A stretch of 64,000 nucleotides of DNA from Octopus vulgaris (GCA_951406725.2 OX597815.1:25110001-25174000), one strand, 5' to 3'. Positions 1 to 12,935 are shown, counted from the first letter of the stretch. The notes: generated by a model from the sequence alone, not told the origin. Program-made: numbers and translations.

Positions 1-204
1 TTTCAACCTGACTTAGTCTTCTCAGTGATAAATACTCTGATAATATGATCCAATCTGAAAATGCTTGTTCCAATATAGAAATATTCATTGATTTGTGAGA
101 ATGTAAAAACGATGATGAAGTGGGCGAGATAGCATTGAATTCCACATAAATATTACACCAATAAATACTGTGAAAAAAAAGAGACAAACAATAACTTTTG
201 TGAT

Positions 205-210
205 TTTATT
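205..210 (-). promoter_or_regulatory. Candidate polyadenylation signal AATAAA of SAP18
   Basis: TTTATT on the plus strand, about 80 nt downstream of the SAP18 stop codon. Confidence 0.5.
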
Positions 211-291
211 GTGAAACCAATAAATGATGAGATTTGGATTAAATGAGCTATCAAAAGAAACATATACATGTAAACAATGTTTTGATCAGTA

Positions 292-574
292 CTAGTAGGG
301 TCTTCCTCTTCGTGAGATGGGCAATGGTCCTGAGCGTGGAGGAGTTATTGCTATATCCAGATAGTCACCGATTGTGAATTTTTTACTAGCCAAAGTAACA
401 TTATCATCTGCACCACGGTGGCCAGAACGTGTGGAGCCAATATCTTGTAAACGATACACCTGTTGTCTTAAGTCAGGATAAACCATAGCAAAATCAAAGT
501 ATGTCCCCTTTCTGCGTGCATCTAAGTTCACCTCCTTCACTAATCCAGTAAGTTCCTTCAATGTGGCATCCATC
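292..574 (-). CDS. SAP18: SAP18 coding exon 3 (last)
   Basis: Pyrimidine-rich ...CTGACAG acceptor (AG 576-575). The first G completes the Trp codon, then MDATLKELTGLVKEV...IGDYLDIAITPP...GRPY and TAG at 294-292. Phase is compatible with exon 2. Confidence 0.95.
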
Positions 575-736
575 CTGTCAGTAAAGAGAGATAAAAAAAT
601 CATTCAGACAAAAGTTCAGTGCTTTTGACAGAAATGAAAACTAATGTAAATCAGTTTTGTATCAATATGATATAACACGACATGCACATATATGATGATG
701 AGGATGTATTTTTATTAGAAATGTATGTGTGAGTGG

Positions 737-770
<34 letters not shown>

Positions 771-1289
771 TTTATTGATATTTAGCAGAAGCAACAGAGT
801 GAGCCAAGGTCTGAGAGCTTCATGCATTGGCACTTATCAAACTAGATACAGGTTGCAGAATTGTGAGTGTACATAGTTGGTGAAAGTTACATTTTCTTCT
901 GGATTGATCTAGATCAAATTTTAAAGCATAATGTCACATGGATAATTCATGTTTTTCGAACAGTTTGCCTGTTATGCCATTTAATAAGTATGAAAGATTT
1001 TAAGCAGTAGTCAGGGAAAAAAAACAATTTGATTCATATTCTACAAATTCAATTTATAATTGGGAACAAGTGAATATCTAGATTTCTAAACTTAAGTTCT
1101 AATGAATTTACTGTTGTTGTTAAGTAAATTCCTGTGATAGAGCTTTGATGTTTAGAAATTTGCCCTTCTTTATATGAATACAGACATATTCATATATGAC
1201 AAACATATATATATATATATATATATATATACAGTAATACTTTATTTTTTTCATTTGTTTTTATGTTGGTGACATGTAAAATGCACCAT

Positions 1290-1593
1290 TTGAGAATTGG
1301 GCCTCACAGAGGCAGTGACAGGTGACTGAGACCTTTGGCGATATACCGTGCTTATGAAGACCTGTCAAACCAAGTGAGATCAGAGTTGTGGCCGATGCCA
1401 GTGTCACATCAGTGGTACCTGTGCTGGTGGCACACAAAAACACCCACTACACTCTTGGAGTAGTTGGCATTAGGAAGGGCATCCATGCCAAATCAGATTG
1501 GAACCTGGTGCAGCTCCCTGGCTTACCAGTTTTCAGTCGAACCGTCCAACCCATGCCAGCATGGAAAACAAACGTATGATAATGATGGTGATG
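1290..1593 (+). mobile_element. RTE-clade LINE 3' end fragment
   Basis: Homologous to the end of the LINE at 9470-9751 (LGLTEAVT..DLWRYTVL; GTTGGCATTAGGAAGGGCATCC; CCATGCCAGCATGG; (GAT)n tail). Confidence 0.7.
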
Positions 1594-1622
1594 TCATTTT
1601 TGTATGCTAGTAAGGGTTACAT

Positions 1623-1931
1623 CAGAGGTTCTCAAAATTTTGGGGCCACCCCATTAATGGCCATATAATACCCTCAGTGCCCCCACCCCTATTTTTATGC
1701 ATAAATAAATATTTTATATTTTACTAATTTATATATACAATGAATCATTTGATATTTAATATATTATATAATTTGTACACAATACTATGATATTATAAAT
1801 TCGTAGTGTCCCCCCAATCCACTGCCTTCCTCCCAATGCCTCCTTTTTCTCTATTCCCCCCTGCCGCAGCACCACTCCCTTAGACACTAGCACAAACCAG
1901 GGGGTAGTAGTGCCCACTTTGGGAATCTATG
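1623..1931. mobile_element. hAT (Charlie-like) MITE
   Basis: Imperfect TIRs CAGAGGTTCTCAAA / TTTGGGAATCTATG. 8-bp TSD GGTTACAT at 1615-1622 and 1932-1939. Confidence 0.75.
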
Positions 1932-2465
1932 GGTTACATGAATATATAATGTAGCACTATTTTAAATTCAGATGCTCTTCTTGAAACTAACCCATACCTG
2001 CTTTTCAAATAAGGGATCTGTTACTTCACACATCTTTGAAAGCATTTGAAATATAAGACAACTTTTTGACGGAAGTGGTAACAACACTCCCCAGAATAAG
2101 CAATTTTCTTAGACCCAGATGCAAACATAGATACATAAGCATGCACACACATATAATGATCTTTCACTTTCTGCCAACCAAATGCACTCAAGGCTTGGCT
2201 GACCCAGTTACTATAGTAAGAAACACTTGTCAGGCTACAAGAAGCAGAACAGAAGCATCCATCCCATGTCAGCATAGAAAAAAAAATGGTATTTGATAAT
2301 GATGGCAATGAGAACATAAACATGGACATATAGTACATATATACATATCAATTATGTATATGCACATTTGCATATATACATATGCCTACCAGTTGTTTAT
2401 AGTAATTGCAGATTTTGACTTTTGAATCAACAGTAACAGCATGTTAGCAAGGAAAATAAATGTAT

Positions 2466-2866
2466 AGGTGTAGGAGTGGCTGTGTGGTAAGTAGCTTGCT
2501 TACCAACCACATGGTCCAGGGTTCAGTCCCACTGTATGGCACCTTGAGCAAGTGTCTTCTACTATAGCCTCAGGCCGACCAAAGCCTTGTGAGTCGATTT
2601 GGTAGACGGAAACTGAAAGAAGCCTGTCGTATATATGTATGCGTATATGTTTGTGTGTCTATGTTTGTCCCCTCAACATCGCTTGACAACCTATGCTGGT
2701 GTGTTTACGTCTCCATAATTTAGCGGTTCGGCAAAAAGAGACTGATAGAATAAGTACTAGGCTTACAAAGAATAAGTCCCGGGGTCGATTTGCTCAACTA
2801 AAGGTGGTGCTCCAGCATGGCCACAGTCAAATGACTGAAACAAGTAAAAGAGTAAAGAATAAAGAG
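2466..2866 (+). mobile_element. tRNA-headed SINE family A, full length
   Basis: A/B-box-like head (TGGCTGTGTGG...GGTTCAGTCCC), central (TA/TG) tract, and tail GACTGAAACAAGTAAAAGAG. Many copies in the window. Confidence 0.85.
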
Positions 2867-3369
2867 AGTAATATTTCAAAAATTAATAAACTCATCTTGG
2901 ATTGTTAAATGAGTACTTGGCTGGCAAATGGAAAGATTTGTGTGGTTAAAAAGTTTGCTCTCCAGCAATGCAGTTTTAGATTCAGTCTCATTGCACAACA
3001 ATTTGGGCAAGTGCTTTGTACACCAATCCCCAAGCCAACAAAAGTCTTGGGGTGAATTTGATAGATGGAAACTGAAAGAAACTTATCATATGTGTGTTTT
3101 GGGGGAATCCTTGCTTTGACATCACAGGATAGTTGTAAACAAGTGTTCAGCCACAGGGAATATCCCCTTGTTTAGAAACAGGTGAGGACTGGCCACAGGA
3201 AGGGCAACTGGCTGTAGAAAATCTGCCTTACCCATACAAGCATGAAAACGTAGACATTAAAATGATGATGACATTCGTATTTTAAGTTAAGATGCTTTGA
3301 ACAAGAGACACTAGAAAAATAGTCATGTAAGAATGAGAGTCAACTAGGGAACTTTCTCAAAGGTTTTAA

Positions 3370-3590
3370 CCCTTTCATTACCAACCCAGCTGAAACCGGC
3401 TCTGGTTCTGAGTACAAATGTCTTGTTTTCATAAGTTTTGAATTAAAATCTTCCACCAAACCTTAGTCACAATTTATGTTCCTAACACTAGCTGAATGAT
3501 AACTAAGTTATATTATGAAATTCTCTATTATATTTTAAAGTAATTGAAAGAAACACAGAGCATCTCAAAATAAATACAGTAACGAAAGGG
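3370..3590. mobile_element. piggyBac-type MITE
   Basis: TIR CCCTTTCATTAC / GTAACGAAAGGG, flanked by TTAA at 3366-3369 and 3591-3594. Confidence 0.8.
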
Positions 3591-4102
3591 TTAAGGAATA
3601 TAATTGTAAAGTTTGCTGAGACTACACTTCTTACTTTCCTACATGTAATCATTTGTTTTGACTGGGGGGGAAAAAGTCAATGATTTTAAGAGAAAGAATA
3701 TACAAGAATGTATTATCGTTCATCATTATTACTAATATTTATTTTCAACCATTTTCCCTGATCCTTCATCCTCAGATAGTCAACACTCTGGAATGTCCTC
3801 TCACTGACAGTTTTCTCTGCAAACATTAATTTACAGATGTTACAACAGAACATCGTCAACCACATTAATCTCACAAACTTCAGAAGGCCTGTGTGAAGCT
3901 ATCAACATCTCCATCGTGAAGAAGCCATAAATAGAAACCTTGTAAGATCTAAACTCAAAACAGTGAGACATCTATTACTTATTAAGTCTAATGACATTTT
4001 TAAAGGCATTTAGTGATAGATTAATGGCATATATTGAACAAATAAATGGCTATAAAACAGCTATCAGTATTATTGATACTCTAATTCTTTTTCATTCCAT
4101 AA

Positions 4103-4380
4103 TACTCTTTTTACTTGTTTTAGTCATTTGACTGTGGCCATGCTGGAGCACCGCCTTTAGTCGAGCAAATCGACCCCAGGACTTATTCTTTGTAAGCCCA
4201 GTACTTATTCTATCGGTCTCTTTTTGCCGAACCGCTAAGTAACGGGGACGTAAACACACCAGCATCGGTTGTCAAGCAATGCTAGGGGGACAAACACAGA
4301 CACACACATACATATATATATACATATATACGACAGGCTTCTTTCAGTTTCCGTCTACCAAATCCACTCACAAGGCTTTG
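4103..4380 (-). mobile_element. SINE family A, 5'-truncated
   Basis: Reverse complement of the 3' two-thirds of 2466-2866. Confidence 0.85.
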
Positions 4381-4986
4381 TTCTTAAATTTCAAGGTGTT
4401 CGCTTTTGTGGCATTATAAACATTGTCAATAATTGCATTAGGCTAATTTAATGCTTAAGCTTTTAAGAGAGAAAATTTCTCTTTTTATTTACATATCACC
4501 TGAATAGACAGAAATGTTATCCATCAGTGTATTATTGTCTGTTTAACTAAGACCCATGTATAAGTACTTTGTTTATTATATTTTCTATGTGAAAGTAGTT
4601 CCTAGTACTTTTGCTTCATGTGTGATGTATCTGTGTGAGTATATGTGGGTGGGGGTATGCTTATTTTAATTGTGATGGCAGGTGTCATTTGACATTCTGT
4701 AACATGTATTGGTTGCAAGGGAGACAATTGTTGCTGATACAGTTTAGCTCAAGATCAGCTCTCATTTAGTACACCTATAGACATTCCAGTCACGACCATC
4801 ATATCCATTTCTCAAGCATAGTACATATGACTATATTATTAAATGTATTCTTTACCTTTATTTTTTATAAATGACAGGTTAAGATGAGATTTAACTATTT
4901 TTAACTGGCCGATCAACGATGTATAGGGTCCCTCACTAGCTCAAAGGGTGACTGAAAATATAGAAACCAGGTTTTTGGGTGGTGAA

Positions 4987-5200
4987 TCATCATCATCATC
5001 GTTTAGAGTCCGCTTTCCATGCTGGCATGCGTTGGACGGTTCAACTGGGGTCTGGGAAGCCTGCACCAGGCCCAGTCTGATCTGGCAATATTTCTACGGC
5101 TGGATGCCCTTCCTAACGCCAACCACTGTGAGTGTAGTGGGTGCTTTTTATGTGCCACCGACACAGGTGCCAGACGAGGCTGGCAAACGGCCACGATCGA
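4987..5200 (-). mobile_element. RTE-tail repeat fragment
   Basis: (CAT)n then TTTCCATGCTGGCATG...GGATGCCCTTCCTAACGCCAAC, the reverse complement of the RTE tail. Further copies at ~6130-6330 (+) and ~12424-12620 (-). Confidence 0.7.
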
Positions 5201-7339
5201 ATGCATGCTTTAAATAGTTGTGCAGTTGTGACCAAAGCATAAGGGAGGGTGTCAGTGTTATGACAACCATGTATGAAGCAGTGTGTATGCCTTGTAGCAA
5301 TTTGGGAAAGTTGTATAGATATTGGTTAAAAAGAGCAGATGAACAGACAGATCCAATCAATACAACATTCAGCAAGTTGCAAATTTTAAATGTATGTAAG
5401 ATGAGTGACTTGAGAGACAATATGCCAATTAATATTTCATGTTGCTTCTTCCGAGTGTGTCTATGTTACCTAAGGTTTTATTATTTCACACAGTGTGGTT
5501 GTGAGGTGGAGAAGTTCGCTTCCCAATCACAAGGTTTCAGGTTCAGACCCACTCCATGGTACCTTGGGCAAGTCTTCTGCTATAGAACCAAGCCCACCAA
5601 AATCTTGTTAAGTGAATTTTATTGACAGAAACTAAAAGAAGGACAATGTGTCAATATATGTGTGTTCTTATGTTGATGTTGCAAAATGTCATTCATTTCC
5701 AATATTCTGTGAAAACATATCTGGCCATGAGGAAATATTACCTTGCTTGAAAACAGGTATAGGTTGGTAGCAAGAAGGGCATCTGGCCATAGATAATCTC
5801 TGCCTCAGTAAACTCTAACTCATGCATGTATGGGAAAGTGGACATTAAAACAATAATGATGATGTGGCCTGATTTACAGTTTGTTTCATGTTAGACACAA
5901 GTGTTCCCCAGATTTCTGCTTTTCTTTGCTGTTTCCAAGTTAAGTTGTTTGTGGCTGTCCTCAATTTTAACTACGTTGGTTACTTTGGTTGCATAAGTGG
6001 GGTTTTGCTGTTTTATGTTGCACTTTTTGGCTGCTTTTTGGATGTGTTTGCAAGTGACTGTGTTGTGGAATTCTGCCAACTTTATTTCTGTCTCTGAGTG
6101 CAACTGAATCCACTGGCCTTATATATTTATGAGCCTCCGTGCTGGTGGCACATAAAAAGCACCAACCAATCGTGGCTGTTGCCAGCCTCGCCTGGCACGT
6201 AAAAAACACCCACTACACTCACGGAGTGGTTGGCGTTAGGAAGGGCATCCACCTGTAGAAACACTGCCAGATCAGACTGGTGCAGCCTCCTAGCTTCTCA
6301 GACCCCGGTCGAACCGTCAAACCCATGCTAAGCATTTCACCCGGCGTGCTAACATATCTGTCAGCTCGTCGCCTTATCCTTTCAGCTTCTGTCAATGAAA
6401 TTCGCTCAGCTCAGGGCTATAGTAGAAGATGCTTCCCTGAGATGCCACAGTCGGACTGAATAAAAAACTGATGATGATGATGATTATTAATGTTTTATCC
6501 AGCAATTCTTCATTTTAAATGCTTGACCAAGTTAATATGCCCTACAAGTGAGAGAGTTAGTTACAAAAATGTTGGTCTAATTGTTTTAGAAAGAGTTTCG
6601 AAATTTAATCCGTTAGCATTCAGATTACTGTCAAATCTAATGCTTATTTATTCACATTGTTTTAAAATTAATTAGCATGCAGCTTCAAGATTTCAAAGAT
6701 GCGATTGATTATTTTTAGAATGACATTGAGAAATAGGTGTGAGAGGCAAGATCTGACCAGTTTGAACATAAAGCAGGTAGAATATTTAGGTCAGCTGTGG
6801 CTGATTTAAATGCTAAAGAGTTAGAGAAAATTAGGCACTTGGCATAGGTTGGATGGTTTGATAGGATCTGATAAACAGGACTGCATCAAGCTCCAATCTC
6901 AGGTTTGCATGGTTTCTACGGCTGAATGCATTTTCTATCACCAACCACTTTACACTGTATGCTGGGTGCTATTTTTAACATCACTGGTACTAGTGAGGTC
7001 ACTATATAACTTGCAAGAAAAGAAAAGGGAAAAGCCCTCCTTATTGAGTGGGGGTGTATTTGAGAGATGAGGGAGGTGGCTTGAGAGGTTAAAGTATGAG
7101 AGATGAACAAGCAGAGATACATAGCTATCCCACATAATATAAGGGTGGGAAGGAGTAGCTGGAAAGACAGAGATGGTGGTGGTGAGGTACCAGAGTGAAA
7201 GGTTTTCAGATATTTATTAGTATAGGATGGATTCAATTTTATAGTAATAGCGAGACAATCATATTTTTGTAAATGTGTGTGTGTACTAAATACATATATA
7301 TATACATACACACACATACAAAGGGCTTCTTTCAGTTTC

Positions 7340-7572
7340 TTATTTCTTTACTGCACACAAGGAGCTACACAGAGGGGACAAACAAGGACAGACAAATGGA
7401 TTAAGTCGATTATATTGACCCCAGTGCATAACTGGTACTTATTTAATCGATCCCGAAAGGATGAAAGGCAAAGTCGACCTTGGCGGAATTTGAACTCAGA
7501 ACATAGCGGCAGACGAAATAGCGCTAAGCATTTCACCCAGCGTGCTAACGTTTCTGCCAGATTGCCATCTTA
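7340..7572 (-). mobile_element. tRNA-headed SINE family B
   Basis: Reverse complement of 60269-60491 (GGCGGCGAGCTGGCAG...GAGTTCAAATTCC...GTCGACTTTGCCTTTCATCC...GTACCAG). Confidence 0.85.
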
Positions 7573-8719
7573 TCCTTTCAGTTTCTGTCAATGAAATTCG
7601 CTCACAAGGATTTGGTCAGCTCAGGGCTTTAGTAGAAGATGCTTGCTTGAGATGCCACAGTTGGACTGAATAAAAAACTGTGAGATTGAGAAATGAACCT
7701 CTTCAACATACAGCATTGCAAGCATACAATCACACACACACACATATATAGGCATTATTCCTTATTGTTATTTCAATTACTTATTAAAAAGATTCATGGA
7801 CCAATATCAAGTTAGTATGTTTGCATATAAGTATATGTGAATCAGTAAATAATTGTATATATCTCTGTGTATTTATAAATCAATAAACATGGTTCCTTAG
7901 TATGAATAATAGCTGGAGTTTTTTTGTTTTTTTTTGTGGATTTGACAGGAGTGACCTGTAGAGACTACATCTTAGTGAGTACAACTAGAATGGTGCTCAG
8001 TTTAAACAACAGTAAGTCTATGTCAGCAGGAAAACATGGGTGTGATGGTGATTGCAAATGGAAGCAGCTCCAGAATGTGAGACACAATAGGGGTGACAAG
8101 ACGGGACTATTCTGTTAGATAGGCCTGAGTGAAAAGCATGTGCAGAGATCACTGTATTATAAATAGAAGTAGAGATAAAACAACATGTCTGTGAGTTAGA
8201 GGTGGGAACATGCTGCTGAGTGAATAACATGGCCTTTGCTTTGGATAGTCATTAATTATTTCTGTCTATTCAGGTGATATATGAATAAAAAGAACTTTTC
8301 TCTCTTAAAAGCTTAAGCATTAAATTAGCCTAATGCAATTATTGACAACATTTATAATGCCACAAAAGTGAACACTTTGAAATTTAAGAACATATTTTCA
8401 ACATAATGGAATGAAAAAGAATTAGAGTATCAATAATATGGCCTTTGCTTTGGATACAATCATGAGATGTGTCTGTGTAGCACAGCACTGTTCCAGATAT
8501 GTGAGCATTATTCTAACAGGTCTTACTTGAAATTTATAGAGGCTCTCAACTGAATGAACGAAGCAATTTTTAGTTGCAAAGATAATGACTAGTTGTTAGC
8601 TTAGCTGTCCTTAAGTATGACTTGGCAGTGTGTACCATGACTTTGCTAGTTTTAGGTATGCAGATATGAGTACACACTATCTCAGCCCTCTCAACATTGA
8701 GCCAGTAGAACACTGAGGC

Positions 8720-9751
8720 AACAAACACTACAAATGTACAGAAAATAGACTTCGTCAAATGCTCAGGGGGATACTTAACCCTTTAGTATTCAGATTACTC
8801 TGTTAAATGTAATATTTTTTTACTCAAATTGTTTTGAATTAATCAAGCATTATCTTATAGCTTTGGGGTTTCAATGATGTGATTGCTTATTTTTGGAATG
8901 TCAATGTAGGTTAGGTGTGAGAGGTTAGATATCGCCAGTTTGAATATAAAACATATAGAATATTTGGGCCGGATATGGCCAGATTAAACACTAAAGGGTT
9001 AAAAGTAGTAGATAACTTCCGTTACCTAGGTGACCAAATCAGCAGTGGAGGAGGATGCTCTGAGGGCATAGCTGCTAGAATAAGATTAGGCTGGGCAAAG
9101 TTCAGAGTGTTTCTACCTTTGTTGGTAACAAAAGGCCTCTCCCACGGGGTGAAAGGCAGATTGTATGATGCCTCTGTGTGAACCACCATGCTGCATGGCA
9201 GTGAAACGTGATTGCAGAGGACATGCAAAAGCTTGAAAGAAATGAAGCTAGTATGCTTCGCTGGATGTGCAATGTCATTGTACACATACAACAGAGTGTA
9301 AGTGTCTTTAAAAAATTAGGTATAAGAGGTAGCCTGTACTGGTATGGTCATGTGATATGTATAGACGAGGACAGCTGCATAAAGAAGTGCCTATCTCTAC
9401 TGAAGGAACTTGTGAAAGAGGTAGACCCAGGAAGTCATGGGACAAGGTAGTAGAGTATGATCTTCAGTTGTTGAGTCTCACGGAAGTGATGACAAGTGAC
9501 AGAGACCTTTCACAATTTACTGTGCTTGAGAAGACACATCAAGCTAAGTGAAATCGTAGTTGTAGCCAGTGCTGGTGACACATAAAAGGCACCCAGTACA
9601 ATCTGTGGAGTCGTTGGCATTAGGAAGGGCATCCAGTCATAGAAACCAAGCCAAAACAGACTGGAGCCTGGTGCAGCATTCTGGCTTACCAGCTCCAGTC
9701 AAATTATCTTATCCATGCTAGCATGGGAAATAGATGCTAAATGATGATGAG
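8720..9751 (+). mobile_element. RTE-clade LINE, 5'-truncated and frameshifted (RT C-terminus and 3' tail)
   Basis: Peptides VVDNFRYLGDQIS..G, RIRLGWAKF, LERNEASMLRWMC, RGRPRKSW, typical of RTE ORF C-termini. Ends in ATGATGATGA. Confidence 0.85.
8779..8998. mobile_element. piggyBac-type MITE inserted in an RTE LINE
   Basis: TIR CCCTTTAGT / ACTAAAGGG with TTAA TSDs (8775-8778, 8999-9002). Removing it restores the LINE frame ...KCSGGYLKVVDNFRYLG. Decayed relatives at ~6606-6822 and ~39810-40033. Confidence 0.8.
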
Positions 9752-9800
9752 TCAAAGCTCAAATCAGAGTCCACTTAATTTTCACTCCTCTGATATCAAT

Positions 9801-9921
9801 ATGGTTCCGGGTTCAGTCCCACTGCGTGGCACATTGGGCAAGTGTCTTCTACTATAGCCCCGGGCAGACCAAAGCTTTGTGAGTGGATTTGGTAGACGGA
9901 AACTGAAAGAAGCCCGTCGTA

Positions 9922-9999
<78 letters not shown>

Positions 10000-10200
10000 T
10001 GTGTGCGTATATGTTTGTCCCCCCAGCATCGCTTAACCGATGGTGGAGTGTTTACGTCCCCGTAACTTAGCAGTTCGGCAAAACAGACCGATAGAATAAG
10101 TACTAGGCTTACGAAGAATAAGTCCTGGAGTCGATTTGCTCGACTAAAGGCGGTGCTCCAGCATGGCCACAATCAAATGACTGAAACAAGGGTAAAAGAG
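9801..10200 (+). mobile_element. SINE family A
   Basis: Collinear with 2466-2866, with an expanded (TA)n(TATG)n centre. Confidence 0.85.
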
Positions 10201-10492
10201 TATCAGTCACAAGATGAACTAATGCAATTACACTCATCTATTTCAATATTTAAGAACTTGTAATTTAATTGACTGAGCACTTCCCTACAAATACGTGGCT
10301 TTGTAGCAATGCAAGAAATCATATAGTGATTGAGTTATTTAACTTCATTAAAGGAAAACCAACTTAATTTACGTAAGTGTTCTACGTTAATAATAGGGGC
10401 AGATAATCTCTTGAAAAATATTTTGCAAATCTGAAATGAAAGAGCGCCATAAAAACAGTTCAAATCGAAGGAAAAGAATCAATAAAGCCTAC

Positions 10493-10599
10493 CATGTGTA
10501 TATTTGGAGTTCGTTCGATGGAGTCTGTCCTCTAAGATATTCACTAAGAGGGTGATGACGACCTGTATTACAGAACACTCGCAATAAAAGGGGACACGT
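10493..10599 (-). CDS. SAP18: SAP18 coding exon 2
   Basis: TTCTTCAG acceptor (AG 10601-10600). 107 nt encoding TCPLLLRVFCNTGRHHPLSEYLRGQTPSNELQIYT(W). TG|GTAGG donor, phase 2. Confidence 0.95.
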
Positions 10600-10744
10600 C
10601 TGAAGAAAAAAGCAGTTTGTAGAGTAATTAGATTAAAAGAGATACTGACATATAAAATCTACATAGGCTGATACGTACATGGCATAAAATAATAATTAAA
10701 AAGATTAAACACTTATTAATAAAGCTTGTTAGATTTCTCGGGGA

Positions 10745-10798
<54 letters not shown>

Positions 10799-11287
10799 TA
10801 CTTTAGATTTTCTACGTTGATTTGACTTCAAACATTATCGACTTCTTAGAACTTCGGATATGAACAAAAACGAGCCGGAAGCATTATTGCATTGTTTATG
10901 TCTTTTTTTTTAAAGGCCCATGATTGTCGAAGCATGGAATAAACAACCTACATTGGTTGTTAGCTGGCGGGACATGGTATCCTTCAAAAATCCCATGCTT
11001 CCCGAAATTCTCCAATACTCTTCTTGACGTTCCTGTTCTGATTCTCCACTTTCATTATTATTTTATCCTGTATAGCATGTACATTTGTCTATCATTGCTT
11101 TATTTCTTTACTTAATTTGCTGTTGTCTCTGCCTCTTTTACCTTTTTCCAAAGAGTCACAGTGCACCTTAGCACCGTACAAGTTTATTATTATTATTTGG
11201 ACTAAAACAAACATCGAAAGGAAATGGATTATCTTACAAAGCTAGTAACTATTTTATGTTTTTAAATTAACATTTAAAAAAAAATAC

Positions 11288-11413
11288 CTTTTCTCGGTCG
11301 ATTGGTTTCTCAGGCTCTTTGCTATCCTCAACAACCATCGATTCTACTGTAGCATTCTTCATCATTTTATTTCCGCGGAAAGCCGCATCACGTTCTCTCA
11401 CTTCGCCCACCAT
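11288..11413 (-). CDS. SAP18: SAP18 (Sin3-associated 18 kDa polypeptide; ASAP/PSAP complex) coding exon 1
   Basis: Reverse complement translates MVGEVRERDAAFRGNKMMKNATVESMVVEDSKEPEKPIDREK, matching the conserved VES...KEPEKPIDREK of SAP18. Ends at AAG|GTATT donor (GT at 11287-11286), phase 0. The start could also be ATG 11365 or 11362. Confidence 0.9.
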
Positions 11414-12754
11414 TGTGCTGGCTTAAGAACTCTCTAATGAGAAGAGGTAAGTTTAACTAAAAGAAAAAAAATTCGGGAGGTATTCAAGGGAGGAAACTGG
11501 TGAGAGAAAGAGTTTATTTATCAAAGATTTATCATTTTCAAGAATTAAATAGCACAAATGTCTTTCAAATTATTTTCAATAAAATAGAAGTAAATCACTG
11601 ACAAAAGAATTATATTATGATTTGGGTGCACGTGGCGGAGATGTAACCCACCCCTCCCACTTTTTTTTTTCATTTTGTTTACGGAAACTCGCGGTTTCGG
11701 CTATGGAGATCCCGATTCGGAAAAAAAAAAAAAGAATTGGCAAAAACTCCCAACTTCAAAATTTCAGCTCCTCCGCTCCCATCCCATTTCTTCATTTTTT
11801 CACTTTTTTCAGAAATCGTTTTTGACGAAATATGGGGGCTAATGCAGTTTCGCACTTCTCCTTGAAAAATGCATTTTCTTGAAAAAAATTTTTCGGATTC
11901 CTACGTTTTAGATATCGGAGATTACGAATATGCAAAAACATTTTTTTTTATTTCACCCCGCTTACCAATTTAAATTTTTGATTTTGTTTACTTTAAAGAG
12001 ATCGTAGCGAACTGACGGTGCACCTGAGCACTGCATACAATAATTTCATTATTATAGATGCAAATCGAAATTAAATACAGACAAAAACATTAAAGTGAAA
12101 AAAATTAGCGTTTTGCTTGTGCTTGCCTTAAATAATCGTAAATAATAATTTAATGTAAATTGAATATATACCATTTTATGAGAAACAAACATTAATGTTT
12201 AATAATTAATGTTATAAAGTTTAATAAGGGGCTCAAATTTGACCCCCTCCCCAAATTTTAAATTTTGAACTTTTTCATCCATTTATTTATCTATCTGTCT
12301 ATATATTTATCCTTGACTGGGAGGTAGCGGGGGGAAGTTATCATCATTAACTCTGCAGTGGTTATTTTTGTGTTGTTATATCCAGGAACATTTTCACAAA
12401 AATATATATATATAAATCTTCACCATCATCATCTACCATCCATGTTCCTTGCTGGCATGGGCTGGACAGTTTGATAGGATACGATGTGTCCAAGGACTGC
12501 ACTGTGCTCAATGTCTGTTTTGGTCTCCTGTTTATGGCTAGATGCCCTTCCTATCATCAACCGCTTTACAGCATAGACTGGTTGCTTCTTTTCATACCAC
12601 CTGACTATTGAGGTTGCCATGTACCTCGCAGAACAACAAATCCTGTGGGGTAGGGTCAACTTCATGCCAGTGGACAAGGGAAGGATCTATGAGAAGGGAG
12701 TGTGGTTGTACAAGTTTTTGTAGAGGACCAGTGTGGTTACTAATGTCTAGTTGG

Positions 12755-12935
12755 AGAAAGGGGTAAAGATCCCCTTTGGTCATAAATGACTATGAGATTA
12801 CACCTAAAAAGTTCTTCTCCAAAGTACAAGTCCGGACAAATTTGTTTATGGAAGACCGGTAGTCACCCATGCATACCAACCTACCCTCTCCATGCCACCA
12901 ATGTTATCCAAAGGAAAGGCAAAGACTGATAGAGC
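12755..12935 (-). mobile_element. SINE family C, decayed 3' part
   Basis: Homologous to 50351-50530. Confidence 0.65.

Noticed and set aside
575-603. N-terminal MIFLSLFTDR of the 292..603 ORF
   Set aside because: It is the polypyrimidine tract and acceptor of intron 2; the true exon starts at 574.
3690-3945. Possible intronic C/D snoRNA or alternative exon in SAP18 intron 2
   Set aside because: An ATGATGA box C-like motif occurs on the minus strand, but no properly placed CTGA box D or terminal stem was found.
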